DNA of 48,776 nt from Nemertoderma westbladi (Eukaryota > Animalia > Xenacoelomorpha), in the NCBI GenBank assembly GCA_032718475.1, contig JAUCBJ010005496.1, positions 1 through 48,776 on the forward strand. Direction: 5' to 3'. Both the position numbers and the translations under genes were made by a program. Numbering within the stretch: the first letter of the stretch is position 1; each line of letters opens with the position of its first letter. A model generated the notes under the pieces. It saw only the letters and a list, made by a program, of their open reading frames with translations. It was not told the origin of the DNA and ran no database searches. Below, piece after piece: positions 35,901-47,174 of this stretch.

Positions 35901-38242
35901 GAATGCTTTTAAGAAATCCATGAACTAGTTGCAAAGACATAGACGTTTAATATATGAATTGAATAGGCCTAATGTTAGCACTTTATGCTTTCTGTTGGCC
36001 GGTATTATTCATTTCAGAAACTCATAATCTCCTCTTGTGATCTCGGCTTGATTAATAATCAATTTATTTCAATTTTAGTTATAAAACGCTAACATCTGGT
36101 CTGGCTTGCTATGCAATAATTATACAACAAAATTAGCCTTAAAGAGCTAACATTTAGAATATGTCTTATGGAGAAACTCTATAGTGCTAACAGTTAGCAC
36201 TTTACCTTTTTCAATAATTCTGAATCTGGTCGCTAGGGGGCAGTTGTTAAAATTTGTTGCTATTTGACGTTTTTAATTTGTGCTTGCAAAGGGGTCAAAC
36301 TGCTAACACTTCGAAATGAGCCAATCGGAACCTGGAATTGTAGTCAACTTGTCTTAACAAATTTTTTTCAGGGAGTGTTAGCACTTTAGGTTAGCACTTT
36401 AAAACAGTTAGCACTTTACCATTGCAGGACTGCTGTTTGTTAGCACTTTAGTACTTCTAAAAACAGTATAAAGTATTTTCGTTGGATGACTGCGTGCCAA
36501 TAAGTACTTTAATAATAAGTACTTTGCAAAAATAGTTTTCATCAAGAAGTGTATCATTACTAAACGGGATATTATGCTATTCCTATAAAACCTTTGCTAT
36601 AAAAAGTGTAATGCTTTTGGTAGAATTTCAGGCTTTAATTTTTAATATATTAATGGGACCATTGCCCCAAATCTATTTGTTTTATTTATAGAGCTACTAT
36701 TCTGAAAGTTTAACACAATGATCTGTGAAGTTTTACTATGAAAACTGAGTATAGATAGCTTCATAAACTCTTTGTTCGAAAAATATGGCACTTTTTGAGC
36801 AGGTCGGTTTTTTTCAAAAATTCTCTAAATTTTGAGGCATTTATATGTAAATTAGCTCATATTTAAGGATCTATAATACCACCTGCATTGAAGTTCTTGA
36901 CCGAAGACTTTGGTAAAATGGACCTAGATATGTAGGCATCTTCTATGAAAACTTTAAAACAATTTTATTTATTGCACAAAATTATTGTTTTTTAAAAATT
37001 TATGGGGGTTTTAGTATGTCCGGGCTATATTTTGGGAATCAAATATTTTGTGATAGACAAAGTGTAGCAGTTACAACATCGGTTCTAGAATATCCAAATG
37101 GCCATGCTTTACAAAACCAACGATAGTATTCCTAAAGCTGCTGAACATTTTGGTATATGTTTGATGGCAATTGAGTAAAAAATAAAATAGTAGTAGGGAA
37201 TTTAGTAATGAAAAAAGTCAAAATGGACAAACTGATAAAAAGGTTGTTTTATACAGAGAGTCATAAATATCAGCAATATATTATGTTATTGAAAAGAGCA
37301 GTGTTGAGGTCAAAAAATAATTCAATGTTGAAAACCGATATCACCTTATGAAAGCCCTTCTATCAAACTACAAAAAATTGTGTAAATTTTCGAAAATTTC
37401 ATTTCTGTGGGGGTTATAGTTGGCCCCCTTATGGCTGACTGGTCCCTGTAGGCATTTGACAATTTTGATCGGATCGTGGGACTGTGTTATTTATTTGCTG
37501 TAGGGTAGGTTTCGCAGGGTACTTATCTTTACAGGACTTGCTGAGAAATATAACACACCAAAAGTGTGGGCTTAGTGCAAAGATATAATATTTCTGATCT
37601 AGATTTTGACTTGCTGAGAAAGTAATGTTCTCCGATAAGATAACAGTCTTGGAAATAAGCACTTTTTGTCACTAATTTTAATTTACTAAAATTCAATTAG
37701 GGCCTATGCTGTCCGAGAGTTTTAGGTTTTGCAGGAATTGCACCTAAAAGGCCATCGAATGCAAAATTCAATACACGAGGGCAGAACATCTGAATTTCGT
37801 GGTGACAAGAAGTTACTTCTGATACGTTTTTCTTTATCAACAACTATTTTATCTACAACTAAAATTATGTGGTTGTTCTAGAAAGTTTAAGAGCATAACG
37901 ACAAATAATTAAAATTAAATTGAAAAAAAATTCAATTAAATTCTCCATTGTTCATAATTAGCACTTTAAAGTTTTACTACTGTACCAATGTTTTATTATT
38001 TCCCTGCCATCAGGTCTCGAACTAATAACACAGCACCTACCGGTCGACTGAGCAAAAATTTTCACTTTCTATCACAAATTTAGGGATAGAAAGTAGTCGA
38101 AAGATGCACTTTCGTGCTCTGTTTTCTACAAATTTTAGAAAATATTTTTTTCATAGGAATGACTCGTTGATAAAAAATGGCCCGTATTTTCGGCTGGCCC
38201 TAAGGCACGTGCCTTATATGCCTTAAGGTTAATCCGACACTG
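32973..38242. mobile_element. Putative ~5.3-kb non-autonomous hAT-like element with nested insertions
   Basis: AGTGCCGGATTAA..CCCTAAGGCAC at the left and CCCTAAGGCAC..TTAATCCGACACTG at the right; degenerate 8-bp flanks TTGTTGCA/CAGTTGCA; many GTGCTAAC/GTTAGCAC internal motifs; direct repeat 33987-34080~35972-36065. Confidence 0.5.
34103..35527 (-). mobile_element. RTE-clade LINE fragment with a degraded reverse transcriptase
   Basis: NQNGFLKGR, ILSLYGIPDEII, GVLQGDTLAPFLFII, LTDLDFADDLGVLS, KAWTALNRLSRIWKS, LLYGSPCW, RLRFAGHCFR; several frameshifts. Confidence 0.93.
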
Positions 38243-38838
38243 CAGTTGCAGAAAAAATGCTCAATGCGGACTAAATTATTGTAAAAATGATGGGAAAAAT
38301 GATCTAGCGTTAGAATGGCGAACTGCAGAGGGATTAACCACCTTTGAAAGACACAGCCCTCTAGCGAGAGACTATTGAACTGATGATGTGTAAAACTCTC
38401 TCAAAAATATAAACTCTTTGTCCTATTGATGCCCACAAATTTTCAACTCGACAGCTTCAAATCCGATAAAGTTCTTTGTATTTCATAATTTTAATTTGAC
38501 CCCCCCCCCCCCCCCCCCCCCCCCCTCTCCTAAACACTGTCGGCTGTTAAGAAGTTCGCTAAGACACCGCCAACTTTGTGGCTCGCCCCAAATACCCACT
38601 AGCATAGATATTGATCTTTTAAAAGAATTATTTCAATTAGACTTTGAACTGTTCATTTGTAACAGTAGGCCTATAATACCTACTACAGTATATGTAGGCC
38701 CACTGTATATTGTATAATCTACCATAATTGGTGGCATAATATTGTAATACCGTATTTCTCTCTGCAGTGCAGTACATGGGAAAGGAAATAAAAATAAGGT
38801 TTAGTAATAAGAAATTATTGCTGTAAGTTACTGACATC

Positions 38839-40260
38839 ATGAGAGTAGAGTTGGAAGAATATTTAACGAGGTCAATTGAGATTTTCTTGAAAGACCTGCT
38901 TGATCCATCGACGATATTAAAACTGATGGTTTCCCGGGGGATATTTAGTAGGGTTCAACTGGAGAATATCGAAGGACCTCCTGGCAACCGATATAAAACA
39001 TTTGACATAATTTATAACCTCCTCACCAACTTAATGAGCCGATCAGATGAAGATTTCTTTGCATTCTTTGATATTTTACGCGTTCAGCACGAGACTAGTC
39101 AACTTTACATCAAATTGGAACCCGGCCTCCGAGCTCTTCGGTCACTACCGGAATCAGCTGCAAGTTATATTGACAATCGCCTCTCTTTGCCATCCCCACT
39201 CCAGGATTCCAAATGTGTTTCAGACGCAGATATTTTTTCACCTTTAACTCCGCTGCCAAATCTAAATGCGCTGCCAACGGATCCTAAGCGACCGGCAGTA
39301 AATCCAATTTACGGGATAACGCGGTTTCCTCCAGGTTTATCACCAGCTGTTCTAGAACGTCGATTTAACTTGAATCAATACGAGAGAGTTCTACAAAGAC
39401 GTCCCAGATTTACTGAAACTTGCCGAATCGACTGTCTGCAAATGGGGATCGCTGAAATTGGCCCCATTGCTTTTGATAATAAGTCAAAGGTAATGGGAAT
39501 AATTGACTGTCACACGAATCGCATTCTATTCTACAGGTTAAAGAATAAACAAGGTTCACTGTCTCTACTTGGCGAACCAGTTCGGTTACATTCCGATTGC
39601 ATCTCCGCAGGGAAATATATAATATTTTTAGAATTTTTTTCGAATTGTTGGATCGCCGCAACCGAGGGCTGTATGTTCTTTATGAACAGAGCCGATAACG
39701 GGTTCAATATCAAACATCTGTGTATCCACTGCGAGTTGTACAGGGGCAGGCCGGTGGGTTCCATTGTCGGTATTGATTCTTCCGGTTGGCTCCTAAATGT
39801 ACTCACCAGCAGTAACAATGTAATCAAACTAAACACAATAGATTGGTCTGTTGAATGGATTTCTCATTTGGATGTGAGCGGCAAGTTGGTACCTTACTGG
39901 CATGACGACGGCATTGGGTTGTTTGAAAGTGATAATCATTTTTTGTCAATTTGCTGCTGGTATGAATTTTTCACTCCAAAGGTTACTCTTGGGTTGGGCA
40001 GAACAATAACCCGTATAGATTGTGGGAAAGGTTTACTTGTTGGAAGGCCGAGAGTGCTGTGCATAGAAGACGAAAAGTATCACGTAGTTCCTCTAGAAGA
40101 AGATTCTAGACACTTTTTGGGGGTTTACAAAGACGGCAGCATTGTAACCAGACTTGGTTCACTTCCAATTAATGGGTTCGGTGGGGTGGCTGGAAATAGG
40201 AATAAGGGATTTTTTATTTCTCAATTCCTTAGTAACTCTTTAGTTTATGTTAAATATTAG
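38839..40260 (+). CDS. Death-fold (CARD-like) domain + Pro-rich linker + NHL-like beta-propeller protein, 473 aa, single exon
   Basis: Aa ~1-94 match the CARD pattern (LLDPSTILKLMVSRGIFSRVQLENI...LLTNLMSRSDEDFFAFFDIL); aa ~110-170 are Pro-rich; the C-terminal part has blade-like strands (PIAFDNKSKVMGIIDCHTNRILFY; VGIDSSGWLLNVLTSSNNVIKL; GVAGNRNKGFFISQFLSNSLVYV). The 1422-nt ORF is certain; the domain calls are by eye. Confidence 0.75.
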   Translation: MRVELEEYLTRSIEIFLKDLLDPSTILKLMVSRGIFSRVQLENIEGPPGNRYKTFDIIYNLLTNLMSRSDEDFFAFFDILRVQHETSQLYIKLEPGLRALRSLPESAASYIDNRLSLPSPLQDSKCVSDADIFSPLTPLPNLNALPTDPKRPAVNPIYGITRFPPGLSPAVLERRFNLNQYERVLQRRPRFTETCRIDCLQMGIAEIGPIAFDNKSKVMGIIDCHTNRILFYRLKNKQGSLSLLGEPVRLHSDCISAGKYIIFLEFFSNCWIAATEGCMFFMNRADNGFNIKHLCIHCELYRGRPVGSIVGIDSSGWLLNVLTSSNNVIKLNTIDWSVEWISHLDVSGKLVPYWHDDGIGLFESDNHFLSICCWYEFFTPKVTLGLGRTITRIDCGKGLLVGRPRVLCIEDEKYHVVPLEEDSRHFLGVYKDGSIVTRLGSLPINGFGGVAGNRNKGFFISQFLSNSLVYVKY

Positions 40261-41024
40261 AAATAGGAAAGAGCGACCCGGTGAGCATAGAATAAAACCT
40301 GATCATAAATTGTACAACTTTCAGTCATCAACATCACGTTATTTCCACATTTTGAGTAAGACTTTACGAAAGATGGAAGGAACGAAGGAGGGAAAGTGGA
40401 TACAGTTAGATCGAATCGTGAATTAATCCACCAAGAACAAAAACCAATTATAACTTTTAAATTTAAAAATATTATTATATCTTTTAGAAACATAAACATA
40501 CTATAGTCCGGCAGATATTGCATTAGGGCCTATGCCTTCATGGAAAAATATTATAGTAAATGTTTAAACTGATTCGGGGAGGTAAAATCATTAAAAATTA
40601 TTATAATTAAAATTATTGCCACCAATAATCCGACTGATGCCCAACTGACACATTGGGGAGTCATTCTAAATATAATCACATGACATTATTCGAATATACT
40701 GTAGTATAACTATTTCGCAATTCTAAAAATTAGAAAATTTAAATAGGTCAGAATCGAACCAACGACCTTTACATTCATTCCACTACTCTAATTTGGTACG
40801 AGATGAAAGTGTTTATAATTACTGTAACATGTCATGGTTCCATGTGACAATGATGTTCTAGAAAGTTTAAGAGCATAATTATTAATAATTCCCCACAAAT
40901 AAATATAATTCGATTAGCCATTGTTCATAATTAGCACTTTAAAGCTTTTACGGCCCTCGTTTTATTATTCCCCTCACTCGTGTCGTGACGCTATAAGTGG
41001 TACTTTATGAACAATGACATATAT

Positions 41025-42346
41025 CATGGCCTACTATATATACGGCCTAACATGTTGTCGATTTGGCCTTAAAAAAAGAGGCCAGTTTTTTTTTGCACTA
41101 TTTTAATATTTTGATATGGGGAGAGTTCTATAAATTGTCATTTGCTGCAATTTGGTCAACGGACGTAATTGAAGTCTCTTCGTTAAGCAAGATCTAAATT
41201 TTATGGTAGCTAGTGTTTTAGGTAGGTTTAGCTAGTAATTTCAACACTGGTTCCGATATCCTACTTCCTTCTATAAATATTTTGTAGTAGCTAGTTCTTA
41301 TTACTATTTGTATAGAAAATGTTCCAGAACATGTTAGTTATTAATTTTAATAAAAAATCACGTTCTAGAACGAATATTTTTTGTTCTAGAACATTTTTTT
41401 AGAAAAAATCTAGATTCTATTTAAAACGCATGGAATCATTTTAAAACCTGTTTAAAATCAATAAAAAAAATTTTTTTCAAAAGATTTTATTCACAATATT
41501 TTTTTTTCACAATTTTTTTTATTGATTTAAAACACGTTTTAGAACGATTCCATGCGTTTTAAATAGATTACAGATATTTTTCTAAAAAATGTTCTAGAAC
41601 AAAAAATATTTGTTCTAGAACATAACTTTTTTAAAAATGAATAGCTAACATGTTCTGGAACATTTTCTATACAAATAGTAATAAGAACTAGCTACTACAA
41701 TATATTTATAGAGGGAAGTACTGTAGGTTGTTGGAATCAGTGTTGAAATTACTAGCTAAACCTATCTAAAACACTAGCTACCTTAAAATTTAGTATCTTG
41801 CTTAACGAAGAGACTTCAATTACGAACGTTGACCAAATTGCAGCAAATGAAAATTTATAGAACTCTCCCCATATCAAAATAGTGTAAAAAAATCTGGCCT
41901 CTTTTTTTTAAGGCTATATCGATAACATGTAAAGGCCTGTTTACACGTGGCAACTTTTAGAGCAACTTTCTCGGCAACTTGTAGAGCAACCCAGGTTGCC
42001 GATCAAGTTGCTCCGTGTAAACACGTAAAAAAGTTGCCGTAAAAGTTGCTCAACTTTTACGGCAACTTGAAGGAATTTGCGTTGGGAATTAAAGCGGGAT
42101 AATCAAATTAAATTATCAAAAACTAGCTAGTAGATAAAATGACCCACTATTTTACAATCAAACTAGCCAAGTTGCTCTAAAAGTTGCCGGCCAAGTTGCT
42201 GGTAAAGTTGCTGGTAAAGTTGCCACGTGTAAACAGCGATTAAATTAAGTTGCTCCAAAAAAAGTTGCTAGTTGCCGAGAAAGTTGCTCTAAAAGTTGCC
42301 ACGTGTAAACAGGCCTTTAGGCCGTATATATATATAGTAGGCCATG
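41025..42346. mobile_element. Large foldback element (arms ~445 bp), right arm interrupted by a MITE
   Basis: 41025-41470 is the reverse complement of ~41513-41930 plus 42317-42346. Confidence 0.9.
41933..42316. mobile_element. PIF/Harbinger (Tourist-like) MITE
   Basis: Perfect ~47-bp TIR AGGCCTGTTTACACGTGGCAACTTTTAGAGCAACTTTCTCGGCAACT; TAA/TTA flanks. The other arm of the host foldback shows the empty site CATG-TTA-GGCC. Confidence 0.9.
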
Positions 42347-42557
42347 CGTATATAGTTAATATTTTCGCTTTTAATCTTTAGCTAAGCATTAGGTGTCTCT
42401 GTAGTTCCCAACCCCGTCACTATTTCACCACCTACTTCGGGTGTATTTTTCGTTTTTTAATTTCCTTCATCTACAGATTTCAAATCTGAAAACAGATGTA
42501 AATCTATGTAAATAACAATCTAAATAAGAATGTAAATACCCAACAATCTAAATAATA

Positions 42558-43623
42558 ATGTCTCTCCAACTTCAACTGGATAAAGTCGAAATCAGCCAGT
42601 ACGATATGAGGAAGAATCAATTCCGTGGAATAGCGGTGATATTCATCAACTCTAAGTTTATAAATAAAAGACATCCAGATTTACCTGGTACTGAAGATGA
42701 TGAGATGAGACCGCTATTACAATAGCCTTAGGTTTAATGGGTTTTGAACATATAAAATGCTATAAAAATTCAACGAGAAAAGAAATGGAGAGATTATTAC
42801 GGTTGTACTCTGGTAAAGACGTCAGTGGATTGTATAGTACCCCTACTAAAGATGAACGGGATGCGAAAGATTTGGCTGCCATCCTGAAAGAATCCGATTG
42901 CTTCGCTTGCGTGATCAGCACCCTTGGATCTGGGAAAGGATCCATAGTTTGCGGGGATAGCAGAGTTTTGGGCATACGGAGTATTGTCGATATATTTAAA
43001 GGTGAGAATTGTCCTGATCTTGTGAATAAACCGAAATTATTTATAATCGATGTTTGTAAAGGTACTAAAGTTGATGAAGCCGGTCACAAAGAAAAGGAAT
43101 TATTCCGTATTTGTGAATATTCGTTGTATGAAATAGAGAAAGACGATGCTAATATTCCATTCAATGCTAATTTTCTCATAGGCTATTCCACTGTTGTTGG
43201 ATTCATAGATTATAGTAACTTCAATGGTTCCTGGTACCTAAGAACATTGGCATTGGCCATCCACATCTTCGACCAGGCAGGCATGTTGGGTACGACAGAT
43301 TTCTGTCAAGTTCTTATTTGGGCCCAAAATCGCATTTGTGAAATGTCAACCAAAGGACCATTTTAGTTAACATTTTTAGAAAATTACTGGAACGTTTTAC
43401 TGGAAAAACAGAAGTTGAAACACAAGGAAAACAGATGGCGATTCATCTGAATGCCTTACAGTGTTGTCTAATGTTTCCAAAAAAAGCACTAAATACCTAC
43501 TCCGATTCCGATGCCATGTCCGAGTCCGACTCCGACGCCTTGCCATATACTGCACTCTGCACACTGAATGGTCTCCTCCGTTTGAATTCCATGGCTGCAT
43601 GTATTGACGATTTATTTTATTAG
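42558..43623 (+). pseudogene. Short-prodomain caspase-family (peptidase C14A) pseudogene, intronless CDS
   Basis: YDMRKNQFRGIAVIFINSKF, GTEDD, DCFACVISTLG, CPDLVNKPKLFIIDVCKG, ANFLIGYSTVVG, NGSWYLRTL, KQMAIHLNALQCCLMFP. Frameshifts: ATGAG duplication (42700-42709) and a 1-nt loss in the T-run 43361-43364. The catalytic His position is Leu. Confidence 0.92.
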
Positions 43624-44890
43624 GCCTATATTGTTTAAATTTTTATAATTAAAAATGTAATAATTAATAATAAAGGTAGTAGAAAACCGAAATAACATGT
43701 AAAAGTTTGTTAACAGTTATTGTGTACATGTTCGCGTGGCGTTCGCGCAGCAGTCTCAGTTATGAGATGCGAATTACAATTGAGCTATTCTATTACAAGA
43801 TTGGTTTTTAAGAAATTTAACTAAACCGCCATTCAATAAAATAAAGTGGGGCAGTTTCTCTCCTTTTAATCTGCACCCCAACCCATAGGGCAGACAGGAG
43901 TACTACAGTAGACTGTAAATGAGAACAATGACAGGTATTATGGCCTACTTAAATATTTAAGTATGTAGGCCATGCAGGTATGTATTGACGGTCAGACAGT
44001 GGATTTGTGTTTTATAATAAGGTTGTGTCTCAATTTGTCAGAAATATTAAAAGTTTAAGTTTAATTGATAATTCCCACACATTGGAATACACACATAAGA
44101 AATATACAATATACACCATGACCCGTAATATAGTGTCATTTTCTGATGACACGGACCCCCCCCCCCCCCCCCCCCCCCCCCCCCTTCGCCCCATATTTTT
44201 CTACAAAACTTTTATCATATTGTTTGAAATTTGAATAAATGACCTTCAGCGTACGACACTTCTTGCAATATTTGAACGTAAATATCTCAGCTGTTTCTTA
44301 ACGAAATTCGAACATTTTTACATATTTGGAATACTTGCAAGGCAAGCTTTCTAATGAAATGATATGAAAATTATTCACTAATGTGAAGATTGGCGACGAT
44401 AGGAGATGTGTATATAAATATATTTAAATTAATTTACCCTGTTAATGCCTCAGTATGAAGTTTTTGACAATTCAAAGTAGGCCTACACACAAAAATAATA
44501 ATATAATATTTAAAAACATTTCACAGAAATCGCATGAAAACAAATTAGCCCAATATTTTATGGAATAAACTATTTTGGATATAAGCCTTCTGCAGTGGTA
44601 ATGTTATTTACAATTAACCCCCTAAAATATTAACACTCTAATAAGAATATGAGGTACAGTAGGTAGGGATGTAGGAGAGGCCTGTTACGGTAGCGGAGTT
44701 GTGTGCTTTACCGCGCCGCTCCGTAAGCTGTAGTTTGCTCGTCCTTACGTCGGATGTCACACGTTGCAGTATTGAATGACTAAATGATCTGAGTTTGCTG
44801 ATAAACTGTATTGTATTTGTTGATATAGAATAATGTCATTGAGTTTAGTAACCTATCTATCGAATACTTTCATACAGCTAAACTAATAAT

Positions 44891-45108
44891 GGGTGTAAAC
44901 ACTACGCCGACAACCGACAACCAACGCCGACACCAATTATTTAAGCTAATTAATGTTATTTATTAATTGAGGGAAAGGAACAGGTTACAGTGGAAGGTTA
45001 TTCTAACCAAAACAATAAACGAGAGTCACGAGCTCAGGTTACATTTTCATATTTGCTGTTGTCGACAGTGGTTTTTGGCTGTCGGTTGTCGGCGTAGCGT
45101 TTACATCC
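44891..45108. mobile_element. 218-bp MITE with 9-bp TSD (MULE/Mutator-like)
   Basis: TIR GG(G/A)TGTAAAC(A/G)CTACGCCGACAACCGACA; ACTAATAAT at 44882-44890 and 45109-45117. Confidence 0.88.
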
Positions 45109-45328
45109 ACTAATAATGGCATTGCACTGATTTAAATACCTATATTCAATCTGCATCCAAATAGCCCCACAAACTAAGGCTCTGATTGGTCCAACGCCTA
45201 AGTCAGCTGTTTATCCAACTGCTAGACGAGACGCGGGCCTTTCTCTGCTACTACATAACAATGCCCTAAGTTACATATAGTATAAATTGCACTGAAGTTT
45301 CCCGTGTGATGTTGGGTGAGGTATTTTA

Positions 45329-46556
45329 GGTGTTGTCGCGTTTCGGAAAGTTTTGAGCTTCAAAGTACGTAACAAGGTTGCGTTTCGTCAACTGAGTGTT
45401 GCTTTTCGGCAACTCATAGTTTCATTTCGGCAACTCATAGTTTCATTTCGGCAACTCATAGTTGCAATTCAGCAACTGTTAACAGGATGCGCTTAGGCAA
45501 ACTGATAGATGCGTTTCGGCAACTCGTAAACAAAGACCAACTGGATAGGCCTACTACTGTATAGAGCCTCCAGTACAGATTATTACCTTTGCCTCATTAC
45601 GTTTCCCATTGTTCATTTTCATTCTGCTTTAGTTTACCCACGCCTACTCCAACACTGAACACTACTGACTATTACCGGAACCGGAGGCCTACTGTACACA
45701 AAACCAACAATAAATCAATTATTATTATTGTTATTATGTCTGATCCATAAAATCAAAGTTAGGGCTACTACAGTACACCTGTCGCGGAAGTCTATATACC
45801 CTTGTAAGCGTAATATTGTACCGGTAAGCCTGAGTGAGCAAAATATTAAAAAAAAATTCATTCAATAAAATGACCAATTCAACAAAATAGTAACTGAAAT
45901 TAATTATTACTAAAGTTGTAGCTGTAAACCCCGCCCAGCAAGGTGCGCTTCACTTTGTATTAGAAAAACTCCCCTTGGAAATTGTAAACAGGATTTGTAT
46001 TTCAGACAGACAGACTCCAGTTTCAAACGTACACATCCAGAACTTCAGCTGCGGTATATTTAAAATTAACTAACTAACTCAAACAGTTAACAACTCTGCC
46101 GTCAAAAAATATAAGTAACTTAAACTTGTCATCATTTATAATTTACTTACATAATGAGTGCAGTCATAGTTACATCACATACGAGGGTATGTGACCTAGT
46201 TGCCGAAACGCGACTTCAGTATTTATTAAATAGAATAAATGGCCTGCAGCGGAAGCAAATACATGCAAAATTCGTGTCCCTATCTCAGCTATTCCCCAAC
46301 CACATTCAAATATTTTTACATATTTGGAATCCTTGCACGGACAGCTTTCCAATAGTACCAACAATTTGAAGAATAACTGCAGTGTAAGTGGTACAATATC
46401 GACGGAGACACTTTTTTAAACGCTTGAAGAAAAATAATTAAAGCAAAAATAAAGTTGTATAAAAGTGTATAGCAGTTGAAAACGTAATTGTTCAGTTGCC
46501 GAAACGCGAATTTGAGTTTCCTAAACGTGACAGTTGCCGAAACGCGATAGAACCGT
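45329..46556. mobile_element. TIR element with ~21-bp subterminal tandem repeats
   Basis: GCGTTTCGGCAACT / TTTCGGCAACTCATAG repeats at 45335-45525 are mirrored by AGTTGCCGAAACGC at 46198, 46495 and 46532. Boundaries approximate. Confidence 0.65.
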
Positions 46557-47174
46557 ATTCTACCCTTACTTAATGGTAGACTCAATGCCGACCGATCTAA
46601 TATTGTTAGCGTTAGGCCTATTAAATTGGGTCGCCATTTCTGTGTTCGCTTCCCTCCAAGGCTGTTTCATTATTTCTTAAATTTACCCCGTAACCTAGGT
46701 CGTTACGGTAACAAGGCCAGTGTAAATATTTAGCTTCCCACTTTCTCTCCCTGTCTTTTAGTTACATCTTCACCACACACCTACATCTTAGCGCCCACCC
46801 TTACCCTCTGGTAGCAGCTATCGAAAGTGGAACTTTAGGGTCGCCTCAGGCTTCGGCCGAATGTTTGCTTGAGATCAAATAAAGACATATTTCTTAAAGC
46901 AAATCACTTAACTAATTTAATACTATAATGGAATGGGGTATGGGGATTACAGCTGTATCATTTTTAAGTGTAATTATTTAAATCTTATACTAGAAAATAA
47001 TTAATTTTCATGAAAGAACGAACAGGCTGAAAATTATGTTTTTTTTACCGTAAATCAACTTAATTAACTGCTTTTATTTTAGCTTCTCGAAGGCCACACG
47101 CAAATTCTATTCGGGAAATTTCTAAACTTTTGCCAAACAACATGCGTACGAAGTTAGGTATCATAGATACTGTT

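Noticed and set aside
46603-46887. Solo LTR (TGTTAG...AATAAAGACA)
   Set aside because: No TSD, and the apparent CA end aligns with host-element sequence in copy A (~5900-5915).
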